Below are positions 20,731-30,864 of a DNA stretch of 64,000 nt, piece after piece. The notes under the pieces are model-generated. The model did not search any database and was not told where the DNA came from. It saw only the letters and a program-made list of their open reading frames with translations. The stretch lies in the NCBI GenBank assembly GCA_963803975.1, contig CAWDOY010000054.1, positions 32,001-96,000 of the forward strand, in the 5' to 3' direction. Every line of letters begins with the position of its first letter. Positions within the stretch are counted from its first letter, which is position 1. Origin of the DNA: an uncultured delta proteobacterium. Lineage in GTDB: Bacteria; Desulfobacterota; WTBG01; CAIYCZ01. A program made the position numbers and the translations under genes.

Positions 20731-20890
20731 TTAGTGCCAATGCAAGCAGATTAGTATGTGTCTGCGTGTAAGCTCTAAATACGCAGCATCATAAGCAGTA
20801 AGATGGCAGGTTTTTGCTATTTCATATATCCTGCCGGAATATCTGGTGCCGTACAAAATATCAGTCTCAATATTAAACTGGGAGTAGCAT
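20731..20890 (-). pseudogene. VapC/PIN toxin remnant (C-terminal part only)
   Basis: Minus frame reads NIETD...RIYEIAKTCHLTAYDAAYLELTRRH; no start codon or N-terminal half. Confidence 0.75.
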
Positions 20891-20898
20891 GTATAAGA

Positions 20899-21144
20899 TT
20901 ATCTGCCCGCCTCGATATATTTTTTAATATTCACCTTCCTCCCGGACTTTTTCCTTATCTCATCGAACTGCCTGAGAATTTCCTCATTGGTGGTTTTTTT
21001 TCTATCATTAATTACAGGCACTAACCGGGCTACCGGTTTGCCTCTTTTCGTGATGGTTATGCTGCTGCCGTCCTGCACCTCCCGAAGAAGGCGGGATAAA
21101 TGAGTTTTAGCATCAAATGCGCTTACCGTGTTTTTTGTCTTCAT
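20899..21144 (-). CDS. Phd/YefM family antitoxin
   Basis: VSAFDAKTHLSRLLREVQDGSSITITKRGKPVARLVP. Confidence 0.92.
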   Translation of the reverse strand: MKTKNTVSAFDAKTHLSRLLREVQDGSSITITKRGKPVARLVPVINDRKKTTNEEILRQFDEIRKKSGRKVNIKKYIEAGR

Positions 21145-21152
21145 ATAACTAG

Positions 21153-21194
21153 TTTATTAGGGACACCCTATTTTAAATAGATGTCCCTAATAAA
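21153..21194. repeat. Perfect 13-bp inverted repeat with inner hairpin
   Basis: TTTATTAGGGACA...TGTCCCTAATAAA just upstream of the antitoxin start. Confidence 0.75.
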
Positions 21195-21351
21195 TCCCTC
21201 GCAGTCAGTCTATCTTGTTTCTCTCCTGCGGTGTATTCAAGCCCCGCGTACCGAACGAAAACGATATTCCGCTCTTGCTGATGTTCAGATAAACGCCGGG
21301 AAATATTTTTATCCTTCGCCAAAATCTTAAATACCCCACTAGACATTCCCC

Positions 21352-21705
21352 CTATACCCTGTATAAAAAGTTCTCTAAAACAAATATCTTGCGCCTCCTG
21401 AAGAAAACCGGGCTTTCCACGATAGCAATAGCCTTCAGACTTTCCATTCCAGACAAAAACCACGGTTCTTTTAACGAAGGAACGGCCCACACCCATGCCG
21501 GGGCTTCAAGCCTCATTTCATCACAAAGATATTCAATGGTTGAAGCAAGCAGCGCATCAAAGCGCCTGTCAGTAAGCGCAAATGGTTTTTCTACCGCCTT
21601 CAGGTCTTTATTGCGCCTGAAATCATCAACAAAGTCCATGAACTGAACTTGCCAATATCGCTTATTTTTCTCTATATTTTTCTTTGCTTGCCGGATGGTA
21701 ATCAT
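21352..21705 (-). CDS. Hypothetical partner of the nucleotidyltransferase
   Basis: ATGA-type overlap with the upstream gene; DFVDDF...DALLASTIEYLC...PAWV...PWF...ESPVFFRRRKIFV. Confidence 0.7.
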   Translation of the reverse strand: MITIRQAKKNIEKNKRYWQVQFMDFVDDFRRNKDLKAVEKPFALTDRRFDALLASTIEYLCDEMRLEAPAWVWAVPSLKEPWFLSGMESLKAIAIVESPVFFRRRKIFVLENFLYRV

Positions 21706-22205
21706 TTGCCAAATAACTCTTCTATAAAAAACTGCGTTGCTGGCTTTATCTGCTTTTTGGGATAGTATTTTTCAAGCATGTCGAACACTTCTTGCGCTGA
21801 TTTTATGCCCAGTTTGCGAATGAGAAATTTAATATCCTGTTTGTCCCTTGTATCCACTCTGGCTGCCATTGACTTCATAGCCAAAATGTATTCAGGATCG
21901 GCAACATGCACTTTTAGATTAGACCAGTTAAATAAAACCGTTCTCGGATGCTTAACCAGAAACCCCTTGACTGCATCATTGAGCCAGTCTTTAGGCAGTC
22001 TGTTTTCTTCTGCAACCTTTTTAGCCGCCCCTCGTATCTTTTGAGAAGGTTCAAACACTGCATCAACGTCCTTCGTGTTCGGTCTTGCATTATACGCCAG
22101 GCACATGACCGCACCGCCATATAAACACATTTCTCCTTTTACGCCGTCCGCAGACAGCAGATCGTTCAGCCTTTGCAGATACTTTTTAATTTCCCGGCTA
22201 TTCAT
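21702..22205 (-). CDS. Nucleotidyltransferase, DUF6036-like
   Basis: GGAVM...RPNTKDVD (GG plus DxD), LAMK and RDKQDI motifs; GGAG RBS. Confidence 0.78.
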   Translation of the reverse strand: MNSREIKKYLQRLNDLLSADGVKGEMCLYGGAVMCLAYNARPNTKDVDAVFEPSQKIRGAAKKVAEENRLPKDWLNDAVKGFLVKHPRTVLFNWSNLKVHVADPEYILAMKSMAARVDTRDKQDIKFLIRKLGIKSAQEVFDMLEKYYPKKQIKPATQFFIEELFGK

Positions 22206-22348
22206 AAAATCATTCTCCCGATCTTTATCAACGCTATGCCCTCCCATTCTCCCTCACCAGTAATTTCCTGTCAAGACAAAGCATCAGCCAAGCATCGGAA
22301 CAATTTTATTCGCGGAAAATGGGGGGCAGGTCTTGGCCTGTGAATTGT

Positions 22349-23701
22349 TTATCTGTTGATAGCCTCTGCAATAGCCTGCGCAAACTCACTCAGCGTATCA
22401 TCCCGCGCGCCCATCACCGCGATAACATCACCGGCCGTTACTATCCCTGCAACCTGCTCAATAACCTCTTTTCTCCCGGCAGCGCAGTAAGTCTTCGGGC
22501 CATGGATTTTTTGCGCCAGGTCAGCTGAAGTGATGCTCCGGTCCGCGGTCCCACCGGCATCATAGATAGGAAGCAGAAACAATAAATCAGAAGAATTGAG
22601 AGAAGCGGAAAAGGAAGCGGCAAGCTCGCTCAACAGAAACCGGGTCGGGCCGTAGCCGTGGGGCTGAAATATAACAATAAGCCGCTCTCCCATAGACCTG
22701 AGGGCTGCTATGGATGAAGCAATCTTGTCCGGGTTGTGGGCAAAGTCATCTATGACGGTGATGCCATGTTCCCTGGTAATAATGTCAAGCCGTCTCCTGA
22801 TTCCGGCAAACGAGCTGATCCCTTCCTGTATTGCTTTCACGGGTAGGCCTAAAACCAGACCTACCGCAATAGCAGCTGCGGCATTGTAAACATTATGCAG
22901 GCCGGGCGCTGAGAGATGAAACGAGTTTCCCTGCATTTCAAATGTTGTGCCATGCGCGCTGTGCTGCACCTTATCCACGATAATCCGGTTGGCGGTTTTC
23001 ATGCCGAAGGTTATGGCTTTGCTGATACCAAGAGCGCGGATTTCACGGTCATCACCGTTTACAATCAATGTATCAGTGGTGCTCCCGGCAAAGGCTTGAA
23101 ACAGCTGTCGCAGTTCGCCAAGCTCTTTATGGTCTTTTGAGATGTTCGTGATCACCCCGACGCGCGGGCGGAACTTGACAATGCTGCCGTCGCTTTCATC
23201 GGTTTCGATGAGGACAATATCTGAAGTACCTCCCTTGGCATTACCGATACGCGCGGGGGATTCATACTGCCTGATGATGCCGCCGTTAATCACCGTGGGG
23301 TCCTTGCCCGCGGCATCAAGCACGGAGGCGGTCATGCCGGTAACAGTGGTCTTGCCGCTGGTGCCGGCAATGGCGATGCCGTAGCCGGAGTTAAAGAGCT
23401 GCGCGAGAAGATCTGCCCGGTGCATGATTGGAATAGACAATGACCGCGCCTGCTCGAGCTCCCTGTTTTGCGCTTCAATGGCCGTGGAAACGACCAGCGT
23501 GTCAAGGTCCGCGGTGATGCCGCTGCCATCCTGGGGAAACAGGAAGATTCCAAGGCCCTGCAGTTTTTCGAACAGCGCAGCATTCGTGCCCCGGTCAAAG
23601 CTGCGGTCAGACCCGCCAACCCAATTCCCGCGTTGCCGGAATATTTGCGCCAGGGGGTTCATGCCGCTGCCCCCGATGCCGACGAAGTAATATTTTTTCA
23701 C
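22349..23701 (-). CDS. murC: UDP-N-acetylmuramate--L-alanine ligase (MurC/Mpl family)
   Basis: GIGGSGM, GTSGKTT, ETDESDGS, DDFAHNP, FQPHG. Confidence 0.8.
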   Translation of the reverse strand: MKKYYFVGIGGSGMNPLAQIFRQRGNWVGGSDRSFDRGTNAALFEKLQGLGIFLFPQDGSGITADLDTLVVSTAIEAQNRELEQARSLSIPIMHRADLLAQLFNSGYGIAIAGTSGKTTVTGMTASVLDAAGKDPTVINGGIIRQYESPARIGNAKGGTSDIVLIETDESDGSIVKFRPRVGVITNISKDHKELGELRQLFQAFAGSTTDTLIVNGDDREIRALGISKAITFGMKTANRIIVDKVQHSAHGTTFEMQGNSFHLSAPGLHNVYNAAAAIAVGLVLGLPVKAIQEGISSFAGIRRRLDIITREHGITVIDDFAHNPDKIASSIAALRSMGERLIVIFQPHGYGPTRFLLSELAASFSASLNSSDLLFLLPIYDAGGTADRSITSADLAQKIHGPKTYCAAGRKEVIEQVAGIVTAGDVIAVMGARDDTLSEFAQAIAEAINR

Positions 23702-23794
23702 TGGTATGAGCTCTGATAATCATTCATAATAATACAATATAACCCTGGCAGCGTATTTTTTTATCTGAGATTGCTTCGCCCGACTTTATCGTAC

Positions 23795-23836
23795 ACCCCC
23801 CTTCGTCCCCCCTTTATAGGGGGGATGCAGAGGGGT
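23795..23836. repeat. REP-like GC-rich hairpin
   Basis: CCCCCCTTCGTCCCCCCTTTATAGGGGGGATGCAGAGGGG; relatives at about 15660 (half copy) and 53985-54023. Confidence 0.6.
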
Positions 23837-23952
23837 CCTGAAAGATAAGCAATTCAAACATGACTGAAATTGTTTTTGCAAGGTAAATCTGCGAGGTGAG
23901 GTTGAATAAACAATGAATGCAGCAGGCAAACACATTGCTATGATGAACCGTT

Positions 23953-25392
23953 ATGCATACTAACTTCAAACGCTTTGTTTTAGCTGTTATTCTAACCACT
24001 GCTTTTGCAGCTGCAGGGCTGTGCATGGAGCCGCCCGGGCCCGGAGAAATTAAAAAATACCGGGCTGACGGCTCCCTGTCTGAACGCCAGGTTTTTATGC
24101 AGCGCCTGGGAAACCATCGTTTCCCTCCCGTGCTGGTTGAGCGCAAAATTGCCCGGCTCAATGCCGGTAAACAGATACAGCCCCGGTCACTCCCCTATGC
24201 GACCGGACTTCCCTCTCATGGCGCGCCAAAAATATTTATCCTGCTGATTGACTTTCAGGGTTACCCCCACAACAATGAGCCGTCTGTTTTCTCAAGTAAA
24301 ATTTTTGGCAATGGAGAACCGGGCGAGTATCCCTATGAGAGCCTGAGGAATTTTTATCAGCGGTCTTCCTATGGAGCTCTTGATATTCAGGGCTCGGTGT
24401 CCGGCTGGTACACCGCACGGCTGAGAAGATTTTTCTATGGCAATGGGCGAAACTCGCTGTGGGGCATATGGGGGGTCAAAGCGCTCATTAAAGAGGCGCT
24501 CAGGTATTATGAGCCAGTGGTTGATTTTTCGCAGTTTGATAGCGACGGCGACGGGGTGATTGACTACTTCTGCGTTATCTGGACCGGGCCCAATACCGGC
24601 TGGGGATCGCTCTGGTGGGGATGGTGTGACACCACTAAGTTTTTTTTCGGCAATGATCCGTTCACGGTTGACGGCAAACGGCTCGGGGTTTTTTCCTGGC
24701 AGCCGGAGCAGCGGGTGCGCTCTGAAGAAACAATCTTCACCCCACTTACCATCATCCATGAGACCGGTCATGCCCTGGGGCTGCCCGACCTTTATGATTA
24801 CGATGGAACCCAGGGGCCCAACGGCGGCCTCGGCGGGCTTGATATGATGGATGCAACCCAGTTCGACCACAACGCGTTCAGCAAATGGATGCTTGACTGG
24901 GCTGCGCCAGCTGTTATTATTGACGGCACTCAGTCGCTGACGCTCAGGCCTGCTGATACCTATAATGACTGCGTGGCACTAATGCCGGGAAAGAAGCCAT
25001 TAGCGCCGTTTACGGAATTCTTCATGGTGCAGTACCGCACCTTCGGCCTGGGTAATGATTTTTTCTTTCCCGGAAGCGGACTGACTATCTGGCATGTAGA
25101 CGGGCGGCTCAACAGCGAGGGCACTGATTTTCTGTATGACAACAGCTATACCGGCCACAAGCTGCTGCGGCTCATGGAAGCAGACGGCCGGGAAGAAATT
25201 GAACGCGGTGACGGGAAGGCTGACGCAGAGGATTTTTTTGTGCCGTTTTCAGGGCGCGCGTTTTCCCCTCAGTCAAATCCCGGCAGTAATAACTATGCCG
25301 GCATTCCTACCGGCATAGCAATAACCGGCATCACCGGGGATTATTTCAGCAGCCGGCGGATGGGATTCAATCACCGCGGACTTCTCCATTGA
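23953..25392 (+). CDS. Secreted M6 family (immune inhibitor A-like) metalloprotease
   Basis: Signal peptide, SLRNFYQRSSYG, HETGHALGLPDLYD, SKWMLDW. Confidence 0.9.
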   Translation: MHTNFKRFVLAVILTTAFAAAGLCMEPPGPGEIKKYRADGSLSERQVFMQRLGNHRFPPVLVERKIARLNAGKQIQPRSLPYATGLPSHGAPKIFILLIDFQGYPHNNEPSVFSSKIFGNGEPGEYPYESLRNFYQRSSYGALDIQGSVSGWYTARLRRFFYGNGRNSLWGIWGVKALIKEALRYYEPVVDFSQFDSDGDGVIDYFCVIWTGPNTGWGSLWWGWCDTTKFFFGNDPFTVDGKRLGVFSWQPEQRVRSEETIFTPLTIIHETGHALGLPDLYDYDGTQGPNGGLGGLDMMDATQFDHNAFSKWMLDWAAPAVIIDGTQSLTLRPADTYNDCVALMPGKKPLAPFTEFFMVQYRTFGLGNDFFFPGSGLTIWHVDGRLNSEGTDFLYDNSYTGHKLLRLMEADGREEIERGDGKADAEDFFVPFSGRAFSPQSNPGSNNYAGIPTGIAITGITGDYFSSRRMGFNHRGLLH

Positions 25393-25485
25393 AGCCCCGG
25401 ATAAATGAAACGCGCGAAGGTTAAGAGACCGCGAACCCGATATTTAATCAACAGATTCGATAGAACTAGACTCTTTACGACAGTA

Positions 25486-26598
25486 ATGGCATCAGCTCAT
25501 CTGGATTCTATTTTACAAAAGGCGGTAAGCGGGAAACGTCTTTCCCGTGATGAAGGCCTTGCCCTGCTCAAGTCTTCAGAACTGCTTTCCCTGGGCAAGG
25601 CAGCGCACGCAATGAAACTGCAGAAGACCGGGCAGCAGGTTTTCTTTAATGTAAACTGCCATATCAATCTCACCAATATCTGCGTGTCACGCTGTAAATT
25701 CTGCGCGTTCAGCTGCGGCAAGGAGGATGCGCGCGCCTACACCATGACGGTAGAGGATGTGATGGAGCGGGCCCGCGCGGCACTTCCCGCCGGCATAACA
25801 GAGTTTCATATCGTGAGCGGCCTGCATCCTGACCTGCCGTTCAGCTATTACGCGGATGTCATCAAAACACTTAAAACCGCTTTTCCTGACATTCATATCC
25901 AGGCATTCACCGCGGTTGAGATAAAATACTTTTCTGATATTTCCGGGCTGTCAGTGGAAGAGGTGCTCACGCAGCTTAAAACCGCGGGCCTCGGGTCCAT
26001 GCCCGGCGGCGGTGCTGAAGTGTTGAGCACGCGCATACGCGATGAACTCTGCCCGAAGAAAGCCTCGGCAGATGAATGGCTGCAGGTGATGAAATGCGCC
26101 CACGGGCTCGGGCTCAAGTCAAATGCCACTATGCTCTATGGTCATATAGAAACCGATGAAGAGAGTGATTGATCATCTGCTGAAACTGCGGAGAACTGCA
26201 GGATGAGACCGGCAGGATTTCAGTCGTTTATCCCTTTGCCGTTTCACCCCGGAAACACCGAGCTATCCTATATGCAAAAGCCGCGGGCCTATGAAGAGCT
26301 GAAACTGTACGCTGTGTCGCGGCTGATGCTCGATAACTTCACACACATCAAGGCATTCTGGATCATGGTGGGGCTGCCGGTTGCCCAGCTGGCGCTGAAG
26401 TTCGGCGTTGATGACCTGGACGGAACGGTCGCTGAAGAGAAAATAACTCATGCAGCGGGAGCCCAGACCGCGACCGCCATTGCCAAAGATGACCTCATGC
26501 GCATGATCCGTGAATCGGGCAACATTCCTGTGGAGCGCGATACGCTGTATAAGGTGATAAAAATTTATAGCGATGAAGCGGTCAGCTTTCAGCATTAA
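25486..26598 (+). CDS. mqnE: Aminofutalosine synthase (radical SAM); frameshifted at about 26165-26200
   Basis: CVSRCKFC, HIVSGLHP, AFTAVEI, PGGGAE, NATMLYGHIE, HIKAFW, DGTVAEEKITHAAG. Confidence 0.9.
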
Positions 26599-26648
26599 GC
26601 ACAAAACAAAAAACTGATGGCTGATGGCTAACAGCTGAGGACTACGTG

Positions 26649-27476
26649 ATGCTTCCCCGCGTCGGACATATTCAGTTTCTTAACTGCCTGCCGCTCTACT
26701 ACGGACTGGTGAAAAACGGCGTGCTGCCTGAAATCGAGCTCTATAAAAACACGCCGACCGAACTTTCCCAGCGCCTGCTGCGCGGAGAGCTTGATATCAG
26801 TCCCATTCCGGCCATTGAGTACGCACGGCATGCCGCAGAGCTGCTGCTGCTGCCGCGGCTGACCGTCAGCTCTGATGGCAGAGTTTTGAGTATCCTGTTG
26901 GTGAGCAAAGTTCCCGCTGAAGAGCTCACCGGAAGACCGGTGGCACTGGCAAACACCTCTGCCACTTCCCAGGTGCTCACAAAGATCATTCTCAAAGACA
27001 GATACGCGGTGGCTCCCCGGTACTTTGAGAGCCCCCCGGATCTTGCCCAGATGTTCATGGAGGCAGACGCAGGACTGCTGATTGGAGATGATGCCCTGCG
27101 CACGTTTATCAAGCCTAAGAAATATCATGTGTATGACCTGGGTGAAGAATGGCGCCTGCTCACCGCTAAAAAGATGGTCTATGCGGTCTGGGCAGTCAGA
27201 AGAGCCTATGCCCGCCAGCACCCGGAGGCGGTGAAAGCCGTGTACCATGCTTTTGTGCAGTCAATGGAGCACAGCCTGCAGCAGGCCGCCACCATTGCCC
27301 GTGACGTATCGCAATGGAGCCCTTTTTCCGCGCGCTTTTTAAAGAACTATTTCACGGGACTCAGGTTTGAATTTGGCGCCGACTATCAGGACGGCTATGG
27401 CGAATTCCTGCGCAGAGCACGCAACCTGGGCGCCATTACAGAAGTCCCAACATTAGAATTTGTGGATGTAGCGTGA
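26649..27476 (+). CDS. mqnA: Chorismate dehydratase
   Basis: GHIQFLNCLPL, SATS, LIGDDAL, DLGEEW, VYAVW. Confidence 0.92.
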   Translation: MLPRVGHIQFLNCLPLYYGLVKNGVLPEIELYKNTPTELSQRLLRGELDISPIPAIEYARHAAELLLLPRLTVSSDGRVLSILLVSKVPAEELTGRPVALANTSATSQVLTKIILKDRYAVAPRYFESPPDLAQMFMEADAGLLIGDDALRTFIKPKKYHVYDLGEEWRLLTAKKMVYAVWAVRRAYARQHPEAVKAVYHAFVQSMEHSLQQAATIARDVSQWSPFSARFLKNYFTGLRFEFGADYQDGYGEFLRRARNLGAITEVPTLEFVDVA

Positions 27477-28543
27477 GTCAATTAGGAGCTATTTATAAAA
27501 AGACGCACCGCCGGCAGCGGATTACTGATGAAGATGCGCGGCAGCTGTTCAAAGAGGCCGACCTCCTGACACTCGGGCAGTGCGCCCAGCAGGGTGCTGC
27601 TTTTTTTCATCCAGACCCGCTGGTAACATTTATCATTGACCGCAATATCAATTACACGAACGTCTGCACCAGCAGGTGCCGGTTCTGTGCCTTCTACCGG
27701 GATGAGTCAAGCCCGGAGGCATACCTGTTAAGCCATGAGGAAATTATAGCAAAGGCAGCAGAAGCTGTTTCCCGCGGTGCCACCCAGATTATGCTGCAGG
27801 GCGGGCTGCATCCCTCTTTGTCCCTGGACTATATTGTGGGGCTGGTGCGGAAAATAAAAGAGCGCTTCAGCGTTACTGTCCATTCATTTTCTCCTCCGGA
27901 GATTATGCATTTCGCGCAACGCTCCGGGCTGCACGTTGAGGCTGTTTTAAAATGTCTCCGCGAGGCCGGTCTTGACTCGCTGCCCGGCGGCGGCGCGGAA
28001 ATTCTTTCTGACCGGGTGCGCAGCATGGTGAGCCCCTGCAAGATAAAGTCCGCAGAGTGGCTTAGCGTCATGGAAACAGCGCATGCCATGGGGATGAAAA
28101 CAACCGCTACCATGATGATCGGCAGCGTTGAAACCTGCGAGGAACGCATAGAGCACCTGCGCCGCATACGTGACCTGCAGGATAAAACCGGCGGGTTCAG
28201 GGCCTTTATTCCCTGGAGCTTTAAAACCGCGCACACCGAACTGGGCGGCGGGGAAATATCAGCCCTCGACTATCTCAGGACCCTTGCCATTTCCCGCATC
28301 TATCTTGATACCATTGAGAACATCCAGGGCTCCTGGGTAACCCAGGGCCCGGATATTGGTCAGATAACGCTCTCTTTTGGGGCCAATGACCTGGGAAGTA
28401 TTATGCTTGAGGAAAATGTGGTGCGGGCTGCGGGCGCTTCCTACAGCCTTACGGAAGAAGAGATGGTCAGCCTGATTTGCACGGCAGAAAAAATTCCTGC
28501 ACAGAGAAATACCGAATATAAAATTATTAAGCGCTACCCATGA
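27473..28543 (+). CDS. mqnC: Cyclic dehypoxanthine futalosine synthase (radical SAM)
   Basis: IDRNINYTNVC..CRFCAFYR, LQGGLHP, QGSWVTQG, GSIMLEENVV. Confidence 0.93.
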   Translation: MSQLGAIYKKTHRRQRITDEDARQLFKEADLLTLGQCAQQGAAFFHPDPLVTFIIDRNINYTNVCTSRCRFCAFYRDESSPEAYLLSHEEIIAKAAEAVSRGATQIMLQGGLHPSLSLDYIVGLVRKIKERFSVTVHSFSPPEIMHFAQRSGLHVEAVLKCLREAGLDSLPGGGAEILSDRVRSMVSPCKIKSAEWLSVMETAHAMGMKTTATMMIGSVETCEERIEHLRRIRDLQDKTGGFRAFIPWSFKTAHTELGGGEISALDYLRTLAISRIYLDTIENIQGSWVTQGPDIGQITLSFGANDLGSIMLEENVVRAAGASYSLTEEEMVSLICTAEKIPAQRNTEYKIIKRYP

Positions 28544-28563
28544 GCAACAACAGGGCACGGAAC

Positions 28564-29139
28564 TTAGTTTAATTCAAACCGCATGCTCATGGTTACCGGG
28601 AAGTCAGGATTTCCGATCGGCAGAATAAAGCCGGTTACCAGTATTGCCTGCGCTGCAACTATCCCCTGTATACCGCCGCCGCTGAACGGCATTGCCGGTA
28701 TCTCTCTGCTGGCGCTGACGGTATCAGAGCTGTATGAGTAGTTTACAAAAAACGAGTTGGCAATTTTTTGTGTGAGGTTTTCGTCGCTGGCAAAGAGCAG
28801 ATGGTCGATGAGACCAATAAATCCGGTCGTAGCAAAAACAAGCTCTGCCCCGTCGCCGATAGAATCAGTGACAGCAGCAGAAAATTTAAACGTAGGATTG
28901 ACCGGGTTTCCGTCCTGATCTGTTTTAGTGACGAGCCCAAACATATGCACCACCGCCGTGTGCACCTGTCCCCAGTCCAGATCATAGGCAATGGTTTTGC
29001 TGTGTCCCGGGGTCAGGACAATATAGTGGACATTCGTCAGATCAAGGTTGTCTGCAGCTGTGGCAGGGGGGCCGCACAGCAGCGCAAGAGCGAATATGAT
29101 AGTTATAATGACACGTTTTGTTATTATGATATTCTTCAT
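28564..29139 (-). CDS. Hypothetical exported protein
   Basis: AGGAG RBS and a signal peptide ending ATA-A; no recognised domain. Confidence 0.7.
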   Translation of the reverse strand: MKNIIITKRVIITIIFALALLCGPPATAADNLDLTNVHYIVLTPGHSKTIAYDLDWGQVHTAVVHMFGLVTKTDQDGNPVNPTFKFSAAVTDSIGDGAELVFATTGFIGLIDHLLFASDENLTQKIANSFFVNYSYSSDTVSASREIPAMPFSGGGIQGIVAAQAILVTGFILPIGNPDFPVTMSMRFELN

Positions 29140-29390
29140 AGCAGAGCTCCTTTATTAAACAGGGGATGTACGCAGTTGTAAATTATGTATTTTTTTAAGT
29201 TTTAAAATTATTTCTTAATATGTCAACAAGAAACACTACTGGATGGAGAAATAATATTGGCATTAAATTTCGGCTATCCCCCGTACCAGAGAATACTTTA
29301 CCATAATAACTGACGAATCTATTAAAAGTTTCTTTGAATCTTATATTTTAAACCACGCAATTTTCAGACCCGCACGCACGGAGAGGTACT

Positions 29391-29984
29391 ATGTCTCGAA
29401 TTCTTGGCATATGTGGCAGCGCACGAAAAAACGGCAACACGGCAACCCTGCTGCGGGCGGTACTGGATGCAGCAGGGATTGAAAGCGAGCTTATTTTTCT
29501 TTCAGATCTTGCCATCGGTTTTTGTACCGGATGCCTGAGCTGCGTAAAACATAAGGGAGTGTGCGTAAAAAAGGATGATATGCCGGGGCTCCTGGAAAAA
29601 ATGCTTGCCGCGCAGGCGCTGGTGCTCGGCTCGCCAAACTATTATTATGATGTGTCCGGCCTGATGAAGAATATGATTGACCGCAGCATTGCTTCAAGCT
29701 ACCGGGGCATCGGAGAATATACGGGCATGGCATGGCACGGCTGGCAGCCGTTTACTGGCAAGGCGGGCGGCATGGTTCTGTGCCAGGCTGCATTCGGCGC
29801 GGAGAAGGCGCTTGAGACCTTTAAATGTTTTGCCGAGTATTCCGGGCTGAATCTGATCGGCGAAGTGATTGCCTCGACGGGCAATCAGCCGGTAAGCGAG
29901 TTCCCCGAATATATCGAGGCGGCGCAGAAGCTGGGGGCGTTGATCAGAGAAGCAGTTGTGCGCACCCGCTGCCAAACGGAGTGA
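29391..29984 (+). CDS. Iron-sulfur flavoprotein / NADPH-dependent FMN reductase family
   Basis: GSARKNGNT, CTGCLSC.....C, GSPNYY, MKNMIDR. Confidence 0.9.
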   Translation: MSRILGICGSARKNGNTATLLRAVLDAAGIESELIFLSDLAIGFCTGCLSCVKHKGVCVKKDDMPGLLEKMLAAQALVLGSPNYYYDVSGLMKNMIDRSIASSYRGIGEYTGMAWHGWQPFTGKAGGMVLCQAAFGAEKALETFKCFAEYSGLNLIGEVIASTGNQPVSEFPEYIEAAQKLGALIREAVVRTRCQTE

Positions 29985-30038
29985 ACTCATCGCATCGCCT
30001 GCCGTCAGGCACGCCCGAGCGTTATTCATTATGCCTGC

Positions 30039-30440
30039 TCACGCAGAGTCCCCGGGTTTGGCGTCGAGGGGCTCAACATGGATGTGTACGCTGTCCACCC
30101 TGGTGAAGTTTTTTTTGATCCGCCGGGAGATATTTTTTGAGAGCTTTTCAATCCGCTCACTTCCGTAGTTTCCCTTCAGCCCGCAGTGCAGAAATACTGA
30201 TACCTTTTCCCCCTGGCGGTAAATTTTTATGTCATGGCAGTTAAGCTTATCCGGGGCTTTATTGATCATCTCATCCAGCCTGCCGATCAGGTCTGCACTC
30301 TGCCCGGTGACGTCCTGAGCAACAATATGCCGCTGCCTGGCGGTTTCAAACGTAACATTCACGTCTTGCACATCCGGCAGCTGCTGCTGAATCAGTGCGG
30401 TTATTTCATGTGACAGCTCATGAGACTGCTCAAGGCTCAA
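30039..30440 (-). pseudogene. C-terminal fragment of a cation diffusion facilitator (tandem ZT_dimer-like domains), 5' part missing
   Basis: MSLEQSHELSHEI...DVNVTFE and HDIKIYR...VFLH...VHIHVEP; no transmembrane domain upstream. Confidence 0.72.
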
Positions 30441-30751
30441 ATGGCATCCAGTCCCTTCTTTCCCTGTGAAATTTTATACGGTACATCCGATCTGTCAGTT
30501 CTTCACGGCCATACAACTGCTCAAATACTTTTCTTGACTCTTTTCTCTTCCTGGTGTTTACTTTCATTAGTGGCTCGTTTCTGTTTTAAGGTGTCCGTGG
30601 ATTTATGCCACGGGAGAGCCACTACCTAAAATTTCAACTAAAAATAATATATCAGCTCCCTAAAGTGTAGATGCGTACAATGGCTGACTATTCCAATCAA
30701 GCATGAACCGCATAATCGTAATTTGGCAGAGATCTGTTATCTAAAATAATT

Positions 30752-30817
30752 AGGCTTGCTTGGAACAGGCCGTCTCTTAAGAGAGGAGCCGGGCTTTTAT
30801 CCGGGCAGCGGAATACT
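30752..30817 (+). ncRNA. Putative NiCo (czcD) metal-sensing riboswitch aptamer
   Basis: GAACAGGCCG-[TCTC TTAA GAGA]-GGAGCCGGGC-...-GCAGCGG resembles the NiCo core as recalled (GANCAGGC..GAGCCGGGC..GCAACAG). It overlaps a terminator and precedes a cation ATPase. Confidence 0.65.
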
Positions 30818-30849
30818 CGCGGGACAAAGCATCCTGCGGGTATTTTTTT
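30812..30849 (+). terminator. Leader terminator (attenuator) upstream of the P-type ATPase
   Basis: AATACTCGCGGGA-loop-TCCTGCGGGTATT plus a T-run, about 15 nt before the ATG. Confidence 0.75.
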
Positions 30850-30864
30850 ATGTAAGGGGTCGTA

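Noticed and set aside
21173..21346. GIY-YIG nuclease remnant (RRLSEHQ)
   Set aside because: Only one short motif; no GIY or YIG elements.
17566..22345. Integron cassette array
   Set aside because: The palindromes lack attC RYYYAAC/GTTRRRY ends, the genes are not co-oriented and no integrase is visible.
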